Shown: positions 9,849-17,407 of the stretch, piece by piece
Layout: the number at the start of each line of letters is the position of its first letter
Position numbering within the stretch: the stretch's first letter is position 1
Source of the DNA: a plasmid
Assembly (NCBI RefSeq): GCF_988243305.1
Contig: NZ_OZ547138.1
Length of the DNA: 64,000 nucleotides
Strand: one strand, 5' to 3'
Position numbers and translations under genes: made by a program
Notes under the pieces: generated by a model
The model's database searches: none
The model's input: only the letters and a program-made list of their open reading frames with translations
What the model was told of the DNA's origin: nothing

Positions 9849-10490
9849 TCATGTCAACGCTCCGTCATCAGATACCAGGTGCAGGAGCAGGGCGATCCTC
9901 GACTCCGGCAGAGGCTGTGCATCAAGCCGGAGGAGGTACTGGTAACGCGCTTTTGTCAGCCAGAGGGTGGAGGCAGCATCCAGCTCCTCCCTGGCTGCCG
10001 GATTGAGCGCAGGATCCGGGTACACTTTCATCAAAGACTGAACGATATCCTCCCTGACGGTTTTGATTTCACCGGCCATTTTCACGAAGTCCAGAAAGGC
10101 ACTGTGACGGCGAAGGTGAGTGAAGCTGTGGCTTTCGGGGTCTGCTTTCAGGAAAAAGTAACCGGGAAACACGGCGTGTATATGTCGACGGTAACCACAG
10201 ACTTTATCCGTGCGGCGGACCTTTTTCAGTATCAGGGGTGTCCAGGGAAGGACGTGTTGTTCGGAAAGCCAGGAAAAGAGATGTTCGCGGTTTTTGCCGG
10301 CAGGGATGTACTGTGCCAGATACCAGTTGCGTTGATGTAATTCACTGATATTCAAAATCCGGAACGCTCCGCGAAAATCGATCCCCGCAGGGGGGCTTCG
10401 ATGTTGTTGTGAACGGCGAATACATAAAGCATGTGTCGGAAACAGCGGCTGACCCACGTTCAGCCTGGCCTGCAGTTCTGACAGGCACAT
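9849..10490 (-). CDS. traB: NusG/RfaH-type transcription antiterminator TraB (IncI1 transfer regulator)
   Basis: The NGN-like core begins at NWYLAQYIPAGKNREHLFSWL, with a KOW-like tail. The true start may be TTG at 10355 (168 aa), because the 45-aa N-terminal extension has no NusG counterpart. Confidence 0.7.
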   Translation of the reverse strand: MCLSELQARLNVGQPLFPTHALCIRRSQQHRSPPAGIDFRGAFRILNISELHQRNWYLAQYIPAGKNREHLFSWLSEQHVLPWTPLILKKVRRTDKVCGYRRHIHAVFPGYFFLKADPESHSFTHLRRHSAFLDFVKMAGEIKTVREDIVQSLMKVYPDPALNPAAREELDAASTLWLTKARYQYLLRLDAQPLPESRIALLLHLVSDDGALT

Positions 10491-11029
10491 GATTTACGCA
10501 CTCTTGTAAGCCTTGTGGACGGTTTCGAGGCGGGCGAAAACCGACAACTCCTGCAAACAGGATTAATGGCTGAAAAATATATTACATAAGGATGTATCTG
10601 TGGCAAGAGTGAAGATAAGCAGTTGAATAGATCGTTATATTTGATAAGTCAGCATATTATTCTGATTTGTGTGCGGTGTCTGGAGGATTAGATCGTTTAA
10701 AAATTTTATGCGATCTCTTCTACTAAAAATGATGAAAAACACAGCATAAAAGATCGTTTGTGAAATTGTTCATTTTTTTGACAAAGTTCAAAAAAACGAC
10801 GCTTTTTAGGGGGTTAAAGAGGGCAACTGTAACCCTGAGAAATCGTGTCGGCTTTTCAAAGCGGTGGAAAAGGGGTATATTGCGGATCGTTATGCAGTGG
10901 CTTTTGGGATCCTCGCGGTTCGGAAAGCCAGAAAACGGCAGAATGCGCCATAAGGCATTCAGGATGTATGGCAGAAACGACGGCAGTTTGCCGGGGCCGG
11001 AAGGCTGAAAAAAGTTTCAGAAGGCCATA

Positions 11030-11100
11030 AAGGAAAACCCCCACTATCTTTCCTCGAACTTTGGCGGGCTCGTGAAAGATAGTAGGGGCGTTCACAGAAT
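11030..11100 (-). ncRNA. inc: Inc antisense RNA (RNAI-type copy-number control), approximate ends
   Basis: It is complementary to the strong leader stem-loop at 11038-11088, whose loop carries GGCG (11063-11066). This lies upstream of repY/repZ, the IncI1/IncB control architecture. Ends were not determined. Confidence 0.5.
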
Positions 11101-11115
11101 ACGGGATAAGTATAT

Positions 11116-11205
11116 ATGAAACCGTACCAGAGATTCAACCCTGTGCAGTGTATAAATACACGGCACAATCGCTCCGCCATAAGCGACAGCTTGTGGCAGG
11201 TCTGA
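11116..11205 (+). CDS. repY: repZ leader peptide RepY (29 aa)
   Basis: ATG at 11116 gives MKPYQRFNPVQCINTRHNRSAISDSLWQV followed by a stop. The 29 codons match the published RepY length, and the stop TGA (11203-11205) overlaps the start region of repZ. Confidence 0.8.
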   Translation: MKPYQRFNPVQCINTRHNRSAISDSLWQV

Positions 11206-12224
11206 AGAATACTTCATATAACGCAGTACACTGGAGTCAGTTAGCACCCGAAGAGCAGATCCGTTTCTGGGAAGACTATGAAGCGGGAAGGGCGACCACT
11301 TTCCTGGTTGAACCGGAAAGGAAGCGCACGAAGCGCCGTCGCGGTGAGCACTCCACCAAACCCAAATGCGAAAATCCGTCCTGGTATCGTCCGGAGCGCT
11401 ATAAGGCGCTGAGCGGGCAGCTCGGGCACGCCTACAACCGTCTGGTGAAAAAGGACCCGGTGACCGGCGAGCAGAGCCTGCGCATGCACATGTCTCTGCA
11501 TCCTTTTTACGTGCAGAAACGAACGTATGCTGGTCGCAAATATGCTTTCCGTCCGGAAAAACAACGCCTCCTCGATACCGTCTGGCCGGTTCTGGTCAGC
11601 TTCAGTGATGCGGTCACACATACCGTAGGCATGAGTGTTTCCCGTCTGGCCAGAGAAATCAGCCCGAAAGACAGCAAGGGGAAGGTTATTCCGGAACTGG
11701 AAGTGACGGTCTCCCGCCTTTCCCGTTTGCTGGCCGAACAGGTACGTTTTGGTGTGCTGGGTGTTTCAGAGGAAACCCTGTGGGACCGTGAAACCCGCCA
11801 GCGTCTGCCACGTTACGTCTGGATAACACCGGCAGGCTGGCAGATGCTGGGCGTCGACATGGTGAAACTTCACGAACAGCAGCAGAAGCGGTTGCGTGAA
11901 AGTGAAATCCGCCAGCAACTCATCCGGGAAGGCGTACTGCGTGAGGATGAAGATATCTCCGTACATGCGGCCAGAAAACGCTGGTATCTGCAGCGCAGTC
12001 AGGATGCACTGAAACACCGTCGTGCGAAAGCAGCAGCCAGTAAGCGCGCCAGACGCCTGAAGAAACTGCCTGCCGACCAGCAGATTCATGAGATGGCAGA
12101 GTATCTCAGGAAGCGTCTGCCGCCGGATGAAGCCTATTTTTGTTCCGATGACCATCTGAAGCGACTGGCCATCAGGGAGTTGCGTCAGCTTGAACTGACG
12201 CTGGCTGCCCCGCCACCGCACTAG
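11193..12224 (+). CDS. repZ: Replication initiator RepZ (IncFII-RepA superfamily, I-complex)
   Basis: A GTG at 11193 inside the end of repY gives 343 aa, the ColIb-P9 RepZ length. CGCC at 11175-11178 can pair with the leader loop GGCG (pseudoknot). The track start at 11148 is an alternative. Confidence 0.85.
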   Translation: MAGLKNTSYNAVHWSQLAPEEQIRFWEDYEAGRATTFLVEPERKRTKRRRGEHSTKPKCENPSWYRPERYKALSGQLGHAYNRLVKKDPVTGEQSLRMHMSLHPFYVQKRTYAGRKYAFRPEKQRLLDTVWPVLVSFSDAVTHTVGMSVSRLAREISPKDSKGKVIPELEVTVSRLSRLLAEQVRFGVLGVSEETLWDRETRQRLPRYVWITPAGWQMLGVDMVKLHEQQQKRLRESEIRQQLIREGVLREDEDISVHAARKRWYLQRSQDALKHRRAKAAASKRARRLKKLPADQQIHEMAEYLRKRLPPDEAYFCSDDHLKRLAIRELRQLELTLAAPPPH

Positions 12225-12390
12225 ACAGTACCATTCCCTCAGCACTGAATCATCGCCAGCCCCTCCGGGGCTTTCGGCGCTGGTTCCGCTCAGCCCAAAA
12301 TCCGCAGTAATCATCTTAAATCCCCTCAGAGGGGCATATCTGTCCATAAAACCACGCATCAGTCATCAGAACGTGGCCACGTTGTTTCAG

Positions 12391-12399
12391 TTATCCACA
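12391..12399 (+). promoter_or_regulatory. DnaA box (TTATCCACA) at the expected left edge of oriV
   Basis: Perfect consensus 9-mer 167 bp after the repZ stop. This resembles the repA-CIS-ori layout of the R1/IncI family. Confidence 0.6.
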
Positions 12400-12799
12400 T
12401 AAATCCGCAAACAAAGAACTTTGAGAAGCTGCAAGCCTAAAACAGCAAACCTGCAATATAGTCTTAACCCCATTATTTAATCCCCTGCGTTGCTTCGCCG
12501 CAGGGAAAGTCTTTATCTCTGAAACCACTGTGAATAAATACAAAGAGGCCTTCGCTTGCAGCGGCCAAGGCCGCGCCGCTCAGAATCTAAAAGCACCTCC
12601 CACGCTGACGCGCGGGCCCCGGAACCTCACCGTTCTGAGACCACAGCAAAAAAAAATCAGGAATAAAAACACCACATAAATGCAGCACCGTGCCCACCCC
12701 TCATAACTGAAAAGCGAGGCCGCCCCCGCCCAAAGGGCGGGAACAACATCGCTTTTAATTATGAATGTTGTAACTACATTATCATCGCTGTCAGTCTTC

Positions 12800-13010
12800 T
12801 GGCTGGATGTTCTCAGTACACGCTCGTAAGCGGCCCTGACGGCCCGCTAACGCGGAGATACGCCCCGACTTCGGGTAAACCCTCGTCGGGACCACTCCGA
12901 CCGCGCACAGAAACTGTCTCATGGCTGAAAGCGGGTATGGCTTAGCAGGGCTGGGGATGGGTAAGGTGAAATCTATCAATCAGTACCGGCTGACGCCGGG
13001 CTTCGGCGGT
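12800..13010. other. Possible primase G-site / single-strand initiation region downstream of ori
   Basis: Non-coding GC-rich segment with several short hairpins (for example ccccgacttcgggg-type) about 400 bp beyond the DnaA box. It is reminiscent of the G4-type ssi of the R1/R100 family. Called from memory only. Confidence 0.3.
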
Positions 13011-13133
13011 TTTACTCCGGTATCACATGTAACCACAGCGTGCCGCCTTCCATGCCGCTGGCGCGGCATATCCTGGTGACGATATCTGAATCGTTATATA
13101 CTGTGTATATACGTAGTAATGACGAGGTGATAA

Positions 13134-13403
13134 ATGGCACAGGTTAATATGAGTTTAAGAATCGACGCTGAACTGAAGGATGCTTTTATGGCCGCTGCAA
13201 AAAGCATGGACCGTAATGGCTCTCAGTTAATTCGGGATTTTATGCGCCAGACCGTTGAACGGCAGCATAATACCTGGTTCCGTGACCAGGTTGAGGCAGG
13301 ACGTCAGCAACTCGAGCGCGGCGATGTGCTTCCCCATGACATGGTCGAATCTTCCGCTGCTGCATGGCGGGATGAAATGAGCAGGAAGGTTGCCGGTAAA
13401 TGA
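13134..13403 (+). CDS. yacA: RelB/ParD-family antitoxin (YacA)
   Basis: 89-aa ORF with an RHH-like N-terminus (MSLRIDAELKDAFMAAAK). Its stop overlaps the toxin start (ATGA). This is the yac locus position next to repZ in IncI1. Confidence 0.85.
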   Translation: MAQVNMSLRIDAELKDAFMAAAKSMDRNGSQLIRDFMRQTVERQHNTWFRDQVEAGRQQLERGDVLPHDMVESSAAAWRDEMSRKVAGK

Positions 13404-13681
13404 TGGAGATATTCTGGACCATGCTGGCCAGCCAGGACAGGAAGCGCATTCGTAAGTACATTGCGGAGCAGAACCTGATGGCCGCCATTGAACTGGACGA
13501 ACGGATTGGTTATTCAGCCAGCAGCCTGGCCGGGCAGCCGTATAAAGGCCGCAACGGTCGTGTGGAAGGTACCCGGGAACTGGTTATTCACCCGCATTTT
13601 GTTCTGGTTTATGAGGTCGACAGCCAGTGGGGAAAAGTGTATATCCTGCGCGTGTTGCATACTGCACAGAAGTGGCCATAG
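13400..13681 (+). CDS. yacB: RelE/ParE-family toxin (YacB)
   Basis: 93-aa ORF translationally coupled to the antitoxin, with a RelE/ParE-like C-terminus (RELVIHPHFVLVYEV...ILRVLHTAQ). Confidence 0.85.
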   Translation: MMEIFWTMLASQDRKRIRKYIAEQNLMAAIELDERIGYSASSLAGQPYKGRNGRVEGTRELVIHPHFVLVYEVDSQWGKVYILRVLHTAQKWP

Positions 13682-13720
13682 AGGGGCTGTCCGGATATAA
13701 GGAAAGGAGATGCAATAACC

Positions 13721-14569
13721 ATGAATAATGATGAGCTGGCCACCAGACGTGCGCAGGCGATTGCCGAAGACAGGTGTTTCTCGAAAGGACGTTTGCGCGA
13801 TGAATTCAGAATGAAACCAGCCCCCGGTGCTGAGCCGGTTAAGTGGTATAAAAACACTTATGGTGGCAGGTTCGCTGTATACCGAATTGCAGACTGTGTT
13901 CCGATGCGTGAGAAACGCCCTCTGACGAGTAAACAACAGCTGGCTGGCCAGCGACTTTCCGTTTTATCCAGACTTAACAGCACCAGTGGCCGGATGGCAC
14001 GGCAGGCATATGACTGGCTGAGTCTGGCACCGCTCTTTCTGGATACTGAAACGACAGGACTGGATAATACCGCGGAAGCCCTGGAAATCGGCCTGACCGA
14101 TGCGGCCGGTCAGGTGGTATTTGAAACCAGGCTGAAGCCCACGGTCGCCATCGGGGCGCAGGCCGCCGCTGTGCATGGTATCAGCGAGCAGGCTCTCTGC
14201 GGCGCACCATCATGGACAGATGTGGCGCGGCAACTGCGTCATGCAATCGGGGACCGACCAGTAATTATCTTTAATGCCCGGTTCGACATCCGCATTCTGA
14301 AACAGACTGCTGCCGCACATAGCGATCCGGCTGACTGGCTGGAAGAACTGACGGTATATTGTGCGATGGAGCTGGCTGCAGGATATTATGGGGCCACCAA
14401 CCGCTATGGCACGATTTCACTGGCCTGTGCTGCCAGTCAGGCCGGACTGACCTGGGAAGGGCAGGCACACTCAGCGATCGCCGACGCACGGATGACGGCA
14501 GGGGTGGTAAACGCTATTGCTGCATATCATCTGGAACTGCTGCAGGAACAGGCACGGCTGAAAATCTGA
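13721..14569 (+). CDS. yacC: DEDDh 3'-5' exonuclease (DnaQ-like; YacC)
   Basis: Exo motifs are visible: LFLDTETTGLD, IIFNARFDIRIL and HSAIADARM. 282 aa. Confidence 0.85.
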   Translation: MNNDELATRRAQAIAEDRCFSKGRLRDEFRMKPAPGAEPVKWYKNTYGGRFAVYRIADCVPMREKRPLTSKQQLAGQRLSVLSRLNSTSGRMARQAYDWLSLAPLFLDTETTGLDNTAEALEIGLTDAAGQVVFETRLKPTVAIGAQAAAVHGISEQALCGAPSWTDVARQLRHAIGDRPVIIFNARFDIRILKQTAAAHSDPADWLEELTVYCAMELAAGYYGATNRYGTISLACAASQAGLTWEGQAHSAIADARMTAGVVNAIAAYHLELLQEQARLKI

Positions 14570-14640
14570 CCGCCTGGCCTGTATACCGCAATCATTTACG
14601 TTATCCAGACGTAAATCCGCCGCTTGTTGCTGTCAGCATG

Positions 14641-14672
14641 TTAATGCTAATGTATGTGTACATTAGCATTAA
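14641..14672. promoter_or_regulatory. 32-bp perfect palindrome (14-bp arms, 4-nt centre)
   Basis: ttaatgctaatgta-tgtg-tacattagcattaa, 14 bp upstream of the 14686 ORF. A near-identical copy lies at 15194-15231. Confidence 0.7.
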
Positions 14673-14685
14673 TGAGGGATGATAT

Positions 14686-15159
14686 GTGAGAGACAAAACC
14701 AGGGAGGCCATGCGGCTTTTTTTAGGCGGCAGGTGCTACACGGCTGAAAAACTTGAAAAGGATTATCTGGCTGAAGTGGCTAATTACAGTAACGACCGCT
14801 GGGAAGCACCGCAACGTGCCTCACGCCTGGCTGCCAGCGTAAAGCGTTACAAGACATCAGAAATGCTGCGCTTTATTTTTGCTACCATTGCCTACGATCC
14901 CGATCCAGATTTAACCCCGCTAACTGTGAGACGTTTGTGCAAGGCATTGTTCGGCAGAACCGGAAGCCAGTGGCTGGTTGTTGAAGTTTTTGGGGAGAAG
15001 GGGCGTCAGCACCGCAGCGCGGACAGCAATCCGGAGATGGTGGAAAAAATGGCTGCCAGATATCGTCATGCCGCCGAACTACACTGGTCCGCAACGCTGG
15101 CAGAAATTGAACGGGTAAAGCGGCTTTATCAGACGAAAATTAAGAAATCCAAAAAATAA
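14686..15159 (+). CDS. Hypothetical 157-aa protein flanked by twin palindromes
   Basis: ORF with a GTG start at 14686 (alternative ATG at 14710). Basic C-terminus. No family recognised. Confidence 0.6.
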   Translation: MRDKTREAMRLFLGGRCYTAEKLEKDYLAEVANYSNDRWEAPQRASRLAASVKRYKTSEMLRFIFATIAYDPDPDLTPLTVRRLCKALFGRTGSQWLVVEVFGEKGRQHRSADSNPEMVEKMAARYRHAAELHWSATLAEIERVKRLYQTKIKKSKK

Positions 15160-15193
15160 GTGGGTTGACTGCCATTGTTGTTCTTCTCCTTCA

Positions 15194-15231
15194 TCATTAA
15201 TGTTAATGTATGCATACATTAGCATTAATGA
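15194..15231. promoter_or_regulatory. 38-bp palindrome (19-bp arms, one mismatch), second copy
   Basis: tcattaatgttaatgtatg/catacattagcattaatga, 35 bp after the stop of the 14686-15159 ORF. It shares the core TTAATGYTAATGTA with 14641-14672. Confidence 0.7.
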
Positions 15232-15293
15232 TGGTGCGTTAAAGTATCACTGGTATAATCTGGTAAAGAACATATTGAGAATGAGAACTTATC

Positions 15294-15527
15294 ATGTCGT
15301 CACGCAACTCTGTACATGATTTTATAATGCTGCTCCCGGCGCTGCTGTTGGTTGGGTGGTTAGTTTTGGTGATAATTCTCATGTTTAGGGATGATAAATG
15401 TGACAAAACTTACCGTGAAGGTTCGTTTCCCGAATTTATTTGTCTCCATTCTGATCGCTCGTCACTTCGAGAAACCGATTCTGAGAGACTCATTGTCAAA
15501 TATACAGAAATAAAATCACAAAAATAG
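15294..15527 (+). CDS. Hypothetical 77-aa single-TM protein
   Basis: ORF with one hydrophobic segment (LLPALLLVGWLVLVIILMF). Its 3' end lies in a repeat shared with 16220-16312, so it may be a by-product of a duplication. Confidence 0.35.
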   Translation: MSSRNSVHDFIMLLPALLLVGWLVLVIILMFRDDKCDKTYREGSFPEFICLHSDRSSLRETDSERLIVKYTEIKSQK

Positions 15528-15635
15528 GTAAAACCAATAATACTATAGCTAAAAAATAGTTACTTTTCTGTATCACCCTGTCTCTCTCTGCTTTTTCATG
15601 GCTACTGTCATATTTATGTCTGTTGCGCGGTTTTG

Positions 15636-15905
15636 TTACTTTTTCATGACCGAACCCGAAATTTTGCGCGTCAATAAGAGACGTTGTGTAAACTCAGTCC
15701 TTTTATCTGGCAGGTTAACCCCTATCAATCTTAGGATGAAACCACGCCATCCTCTGTTTGCCTGGTTATTAATTTCATAAAGACGATTGTTTTCCTCTCG
15801 TAGTTTTGTCCACTCTAAACAAAGTGTTATATCATCCAGTTCTGTGATGTGTTTCACTTTTCCATTGACAGTTACAGTGTTTATTCCATTTCCTGTGAGC
15901 ATCAT
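15636..15905 (-). CDS. Hypothetical 89-aa protein, third gene of the FinO-domain operon
   Basis: Start overlaps the stop of the upstream 177-aa gene (ATGA at 15902-15905). No family recognised. Confidence 0.55.
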   Translation of the reverse strand: MMLTGNGINTVTVNGKVKHITELDDITLCLEWTKLREENNRLYEINNQANRGWRGFILRLIGVNLPDKRTEFTQRLLLTRKISGSVMKK

Positions 15906-16435
15906 CTTATGCCTTTTTTATCTTCATTTGGGACCGTGCTTTTCTTCGGAGTATCACTATTCGTTAACTGCTGTTTATCAATAAAATTCCTGATGTTATC
16001 AAGTGCTTCCTTTGTTTTTAGAATGCGCTTGATATCCATTTCATCCCGCCCGGTCATTCTTTTTCCGGACAAAAGACGCTCAAGAAGCTCCTGTTTCGCA
16101 TCAGGAGAATCTTTGGCGAGATCCATCAGGTTAAGCAAATCTTCACGATCGAGAGGAAAGAAGTATTTTACAAAATACTTGAAAAGCGAAAGAAAGTAGT
16201 ATGCTGTCCATGCAATACAGAAACCGATTCTGAGAAACTCATTGTCAACTATACAGAAATACAGGTATACAATCAGGAGAATAGGTAAAATCCATAATAC
16301 TATAGCTAAAAAAATATATACGGGGATCAGGCGTCTGTATGCCCGTTCATGTTTATTCAGGATGAATAAAATCTTCTCCGCTTCTGAATCACACATAACA
16401 TTCTCTTCCCATTTTTTCTGATACGTAATGTCCAC
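15902..16435 (-). CDS. Hypothetical 177-aa two-TM membrane protein
   Basis: Two adjacent hydrophobic helices followed by a charged helical C-terminal domain. It lies 17 nt downstream of the FinO-domain gene. Confidence 0.6.
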   Translation of the reverse strand: MDITYQKKWEENVMCDSEAEKILFILNKHERAYRRLIPVYIFLAIVLWILPILLIVYLYFCIVDNEFLRIGFCIAWTAYYFLSLFKYFVKYFFPLDREDLLNLMDLAKDSPDAKQELLERLLSGKRMTGRDEMDIKRILKTKEALDNIRNFIDKQQLTNSDTPKKSTVPNEDKKGIR

Positions 16436-16451
16436 CTGTTATCAGGAGTGT

Positions 16452-17054
16452 TTATTGCCCAGAAATATTCTCCTGCTGTGCCTGCGTCCTGAGCCACTTT
16501 TGTTCTAATGTCGCCAGTCTGCGACCGGCACTCTGTGCTTCAGAGTCTGAGACCTGCCCTTTGGGGTGACCATCCAGGCCATAACGTGGGACGCCGGCGA
16601 CAGCTGTCCGCTGCAGATATACGCGGCGGGATGTGATGCAGGACACTGCACAGAGCCATTCGTCCATGGTCAGTTCTGTCTCCGGGTGTTCTGCCAGAAA
16701 TGCCGAAATATCATTGCTTATGCCAATTTTCAGGGGAATAAATCCACCACCTTCAGCACGAAGATGAGGAAACAGGGCCTTTATTTTTTCCACGCACTCG
16801 TGAGTATACTCACGGGTCCAGTGGGAGGGACGTGGAAAACGGTGTCTTTTCTTTTTCTTCTTCCTGGCTGGCGCTTCGGGGATATGTGTTTCGACGGCAG
16901 ATGAATTTATTCCGGCGGGGGCTGATTCTGCCGTCTGTTCAGTAAATACAGGTGCGATAATATCTGTTTTTTCGGATAAGGACGGTGGCGAAAAAGTACG
17001 ACGTTTTTTCACCACAATGACGGGAGTTTTCCTTTCTTCCTGATTTTTTCCCAT
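16452..17054 (-). CDS. ProQ/FinO-domain RNA-binding protein (FopA-like)
   Basis: The C-terminal half aligns with the ProQ N-terminal FinO domain: FPHL...PLKIGISNDI...SRRVYLQ...GVPRYGLDGHPKGQV. The N-terminus is basic and disordered (KKKKKRHR). Confidence 0.8.
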   Translation of the reverse strand: MGKNQEERKTPVIVVKKRRTFSPPSLSEKTDIIAPVFTEQTAESAPAGINSSAVETHIPEAPARKKKKKRHRFPRPSHWTREYTHECVEKIKALFPHLRAEGGGFIPLKIGISNDISAFLAEHPETELTMDEWLCAVSCITSRRVYLQRTAVAGVPRYGLDGHPKGQVSDSEAQSAGRRLATLEQKWLRTQAQQENISGQ

Positions 17055-17407
17055 AAATACCTCGGCTGGCTGGTTTTACTCTTTAATAATATCACAATCC
17101 ATAAATTAGTAAATTTCCCATCAGGTGATTTTTCATGGCTAATAAGTCCATTCTCTGAATATTTATACTCGAGGTAGTTACAGTTATGGCGTGACAGTCG
17201 AATTGATATTCTACTGAACCCTGACAGAAACATGGTTGATATATTCTCTCACTTTAATGTTGTCATGATATAAATAAAAACAATTCATTTGAAAGGATAT
17301 CAGAAGAAGATATCGGGGCGCACAGTTCATCTCTGCCTTTGTTTCATGGGGGGTTCTTTGTATATTTTACTTACTGTTTAAGCATGTACATAAGGAGTGC
17401 TTTCATT

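Noticed and set aside
11766-12359. 197-aa minus-strand ORF overlapping the repZ 3' half; also 11241-11621 minus
   Set aside because: They are antisense to the RepZ frame. There is no independent support.
12791-12979. 62-aa minus-strand ORF in the region downstream of ori
   Set aside because: It lies in a hairpin-rich non-coding segment interpreted as a possible priming site. There is no SD, and the product is short and Arg/Pro-rich.
13514-13936. 140-aa minus-strand ORF across the yacB/yacC junction
   Set aside because: It is antisense to two well-supported genes.
17339-17407. Track start of the 471-aa ORF
   Set aside because: The first 23 codons (MFHGGFFVYFTYCLSMYIRSAFI) precede the AAGGAG SD, so the start was moved to 17408.
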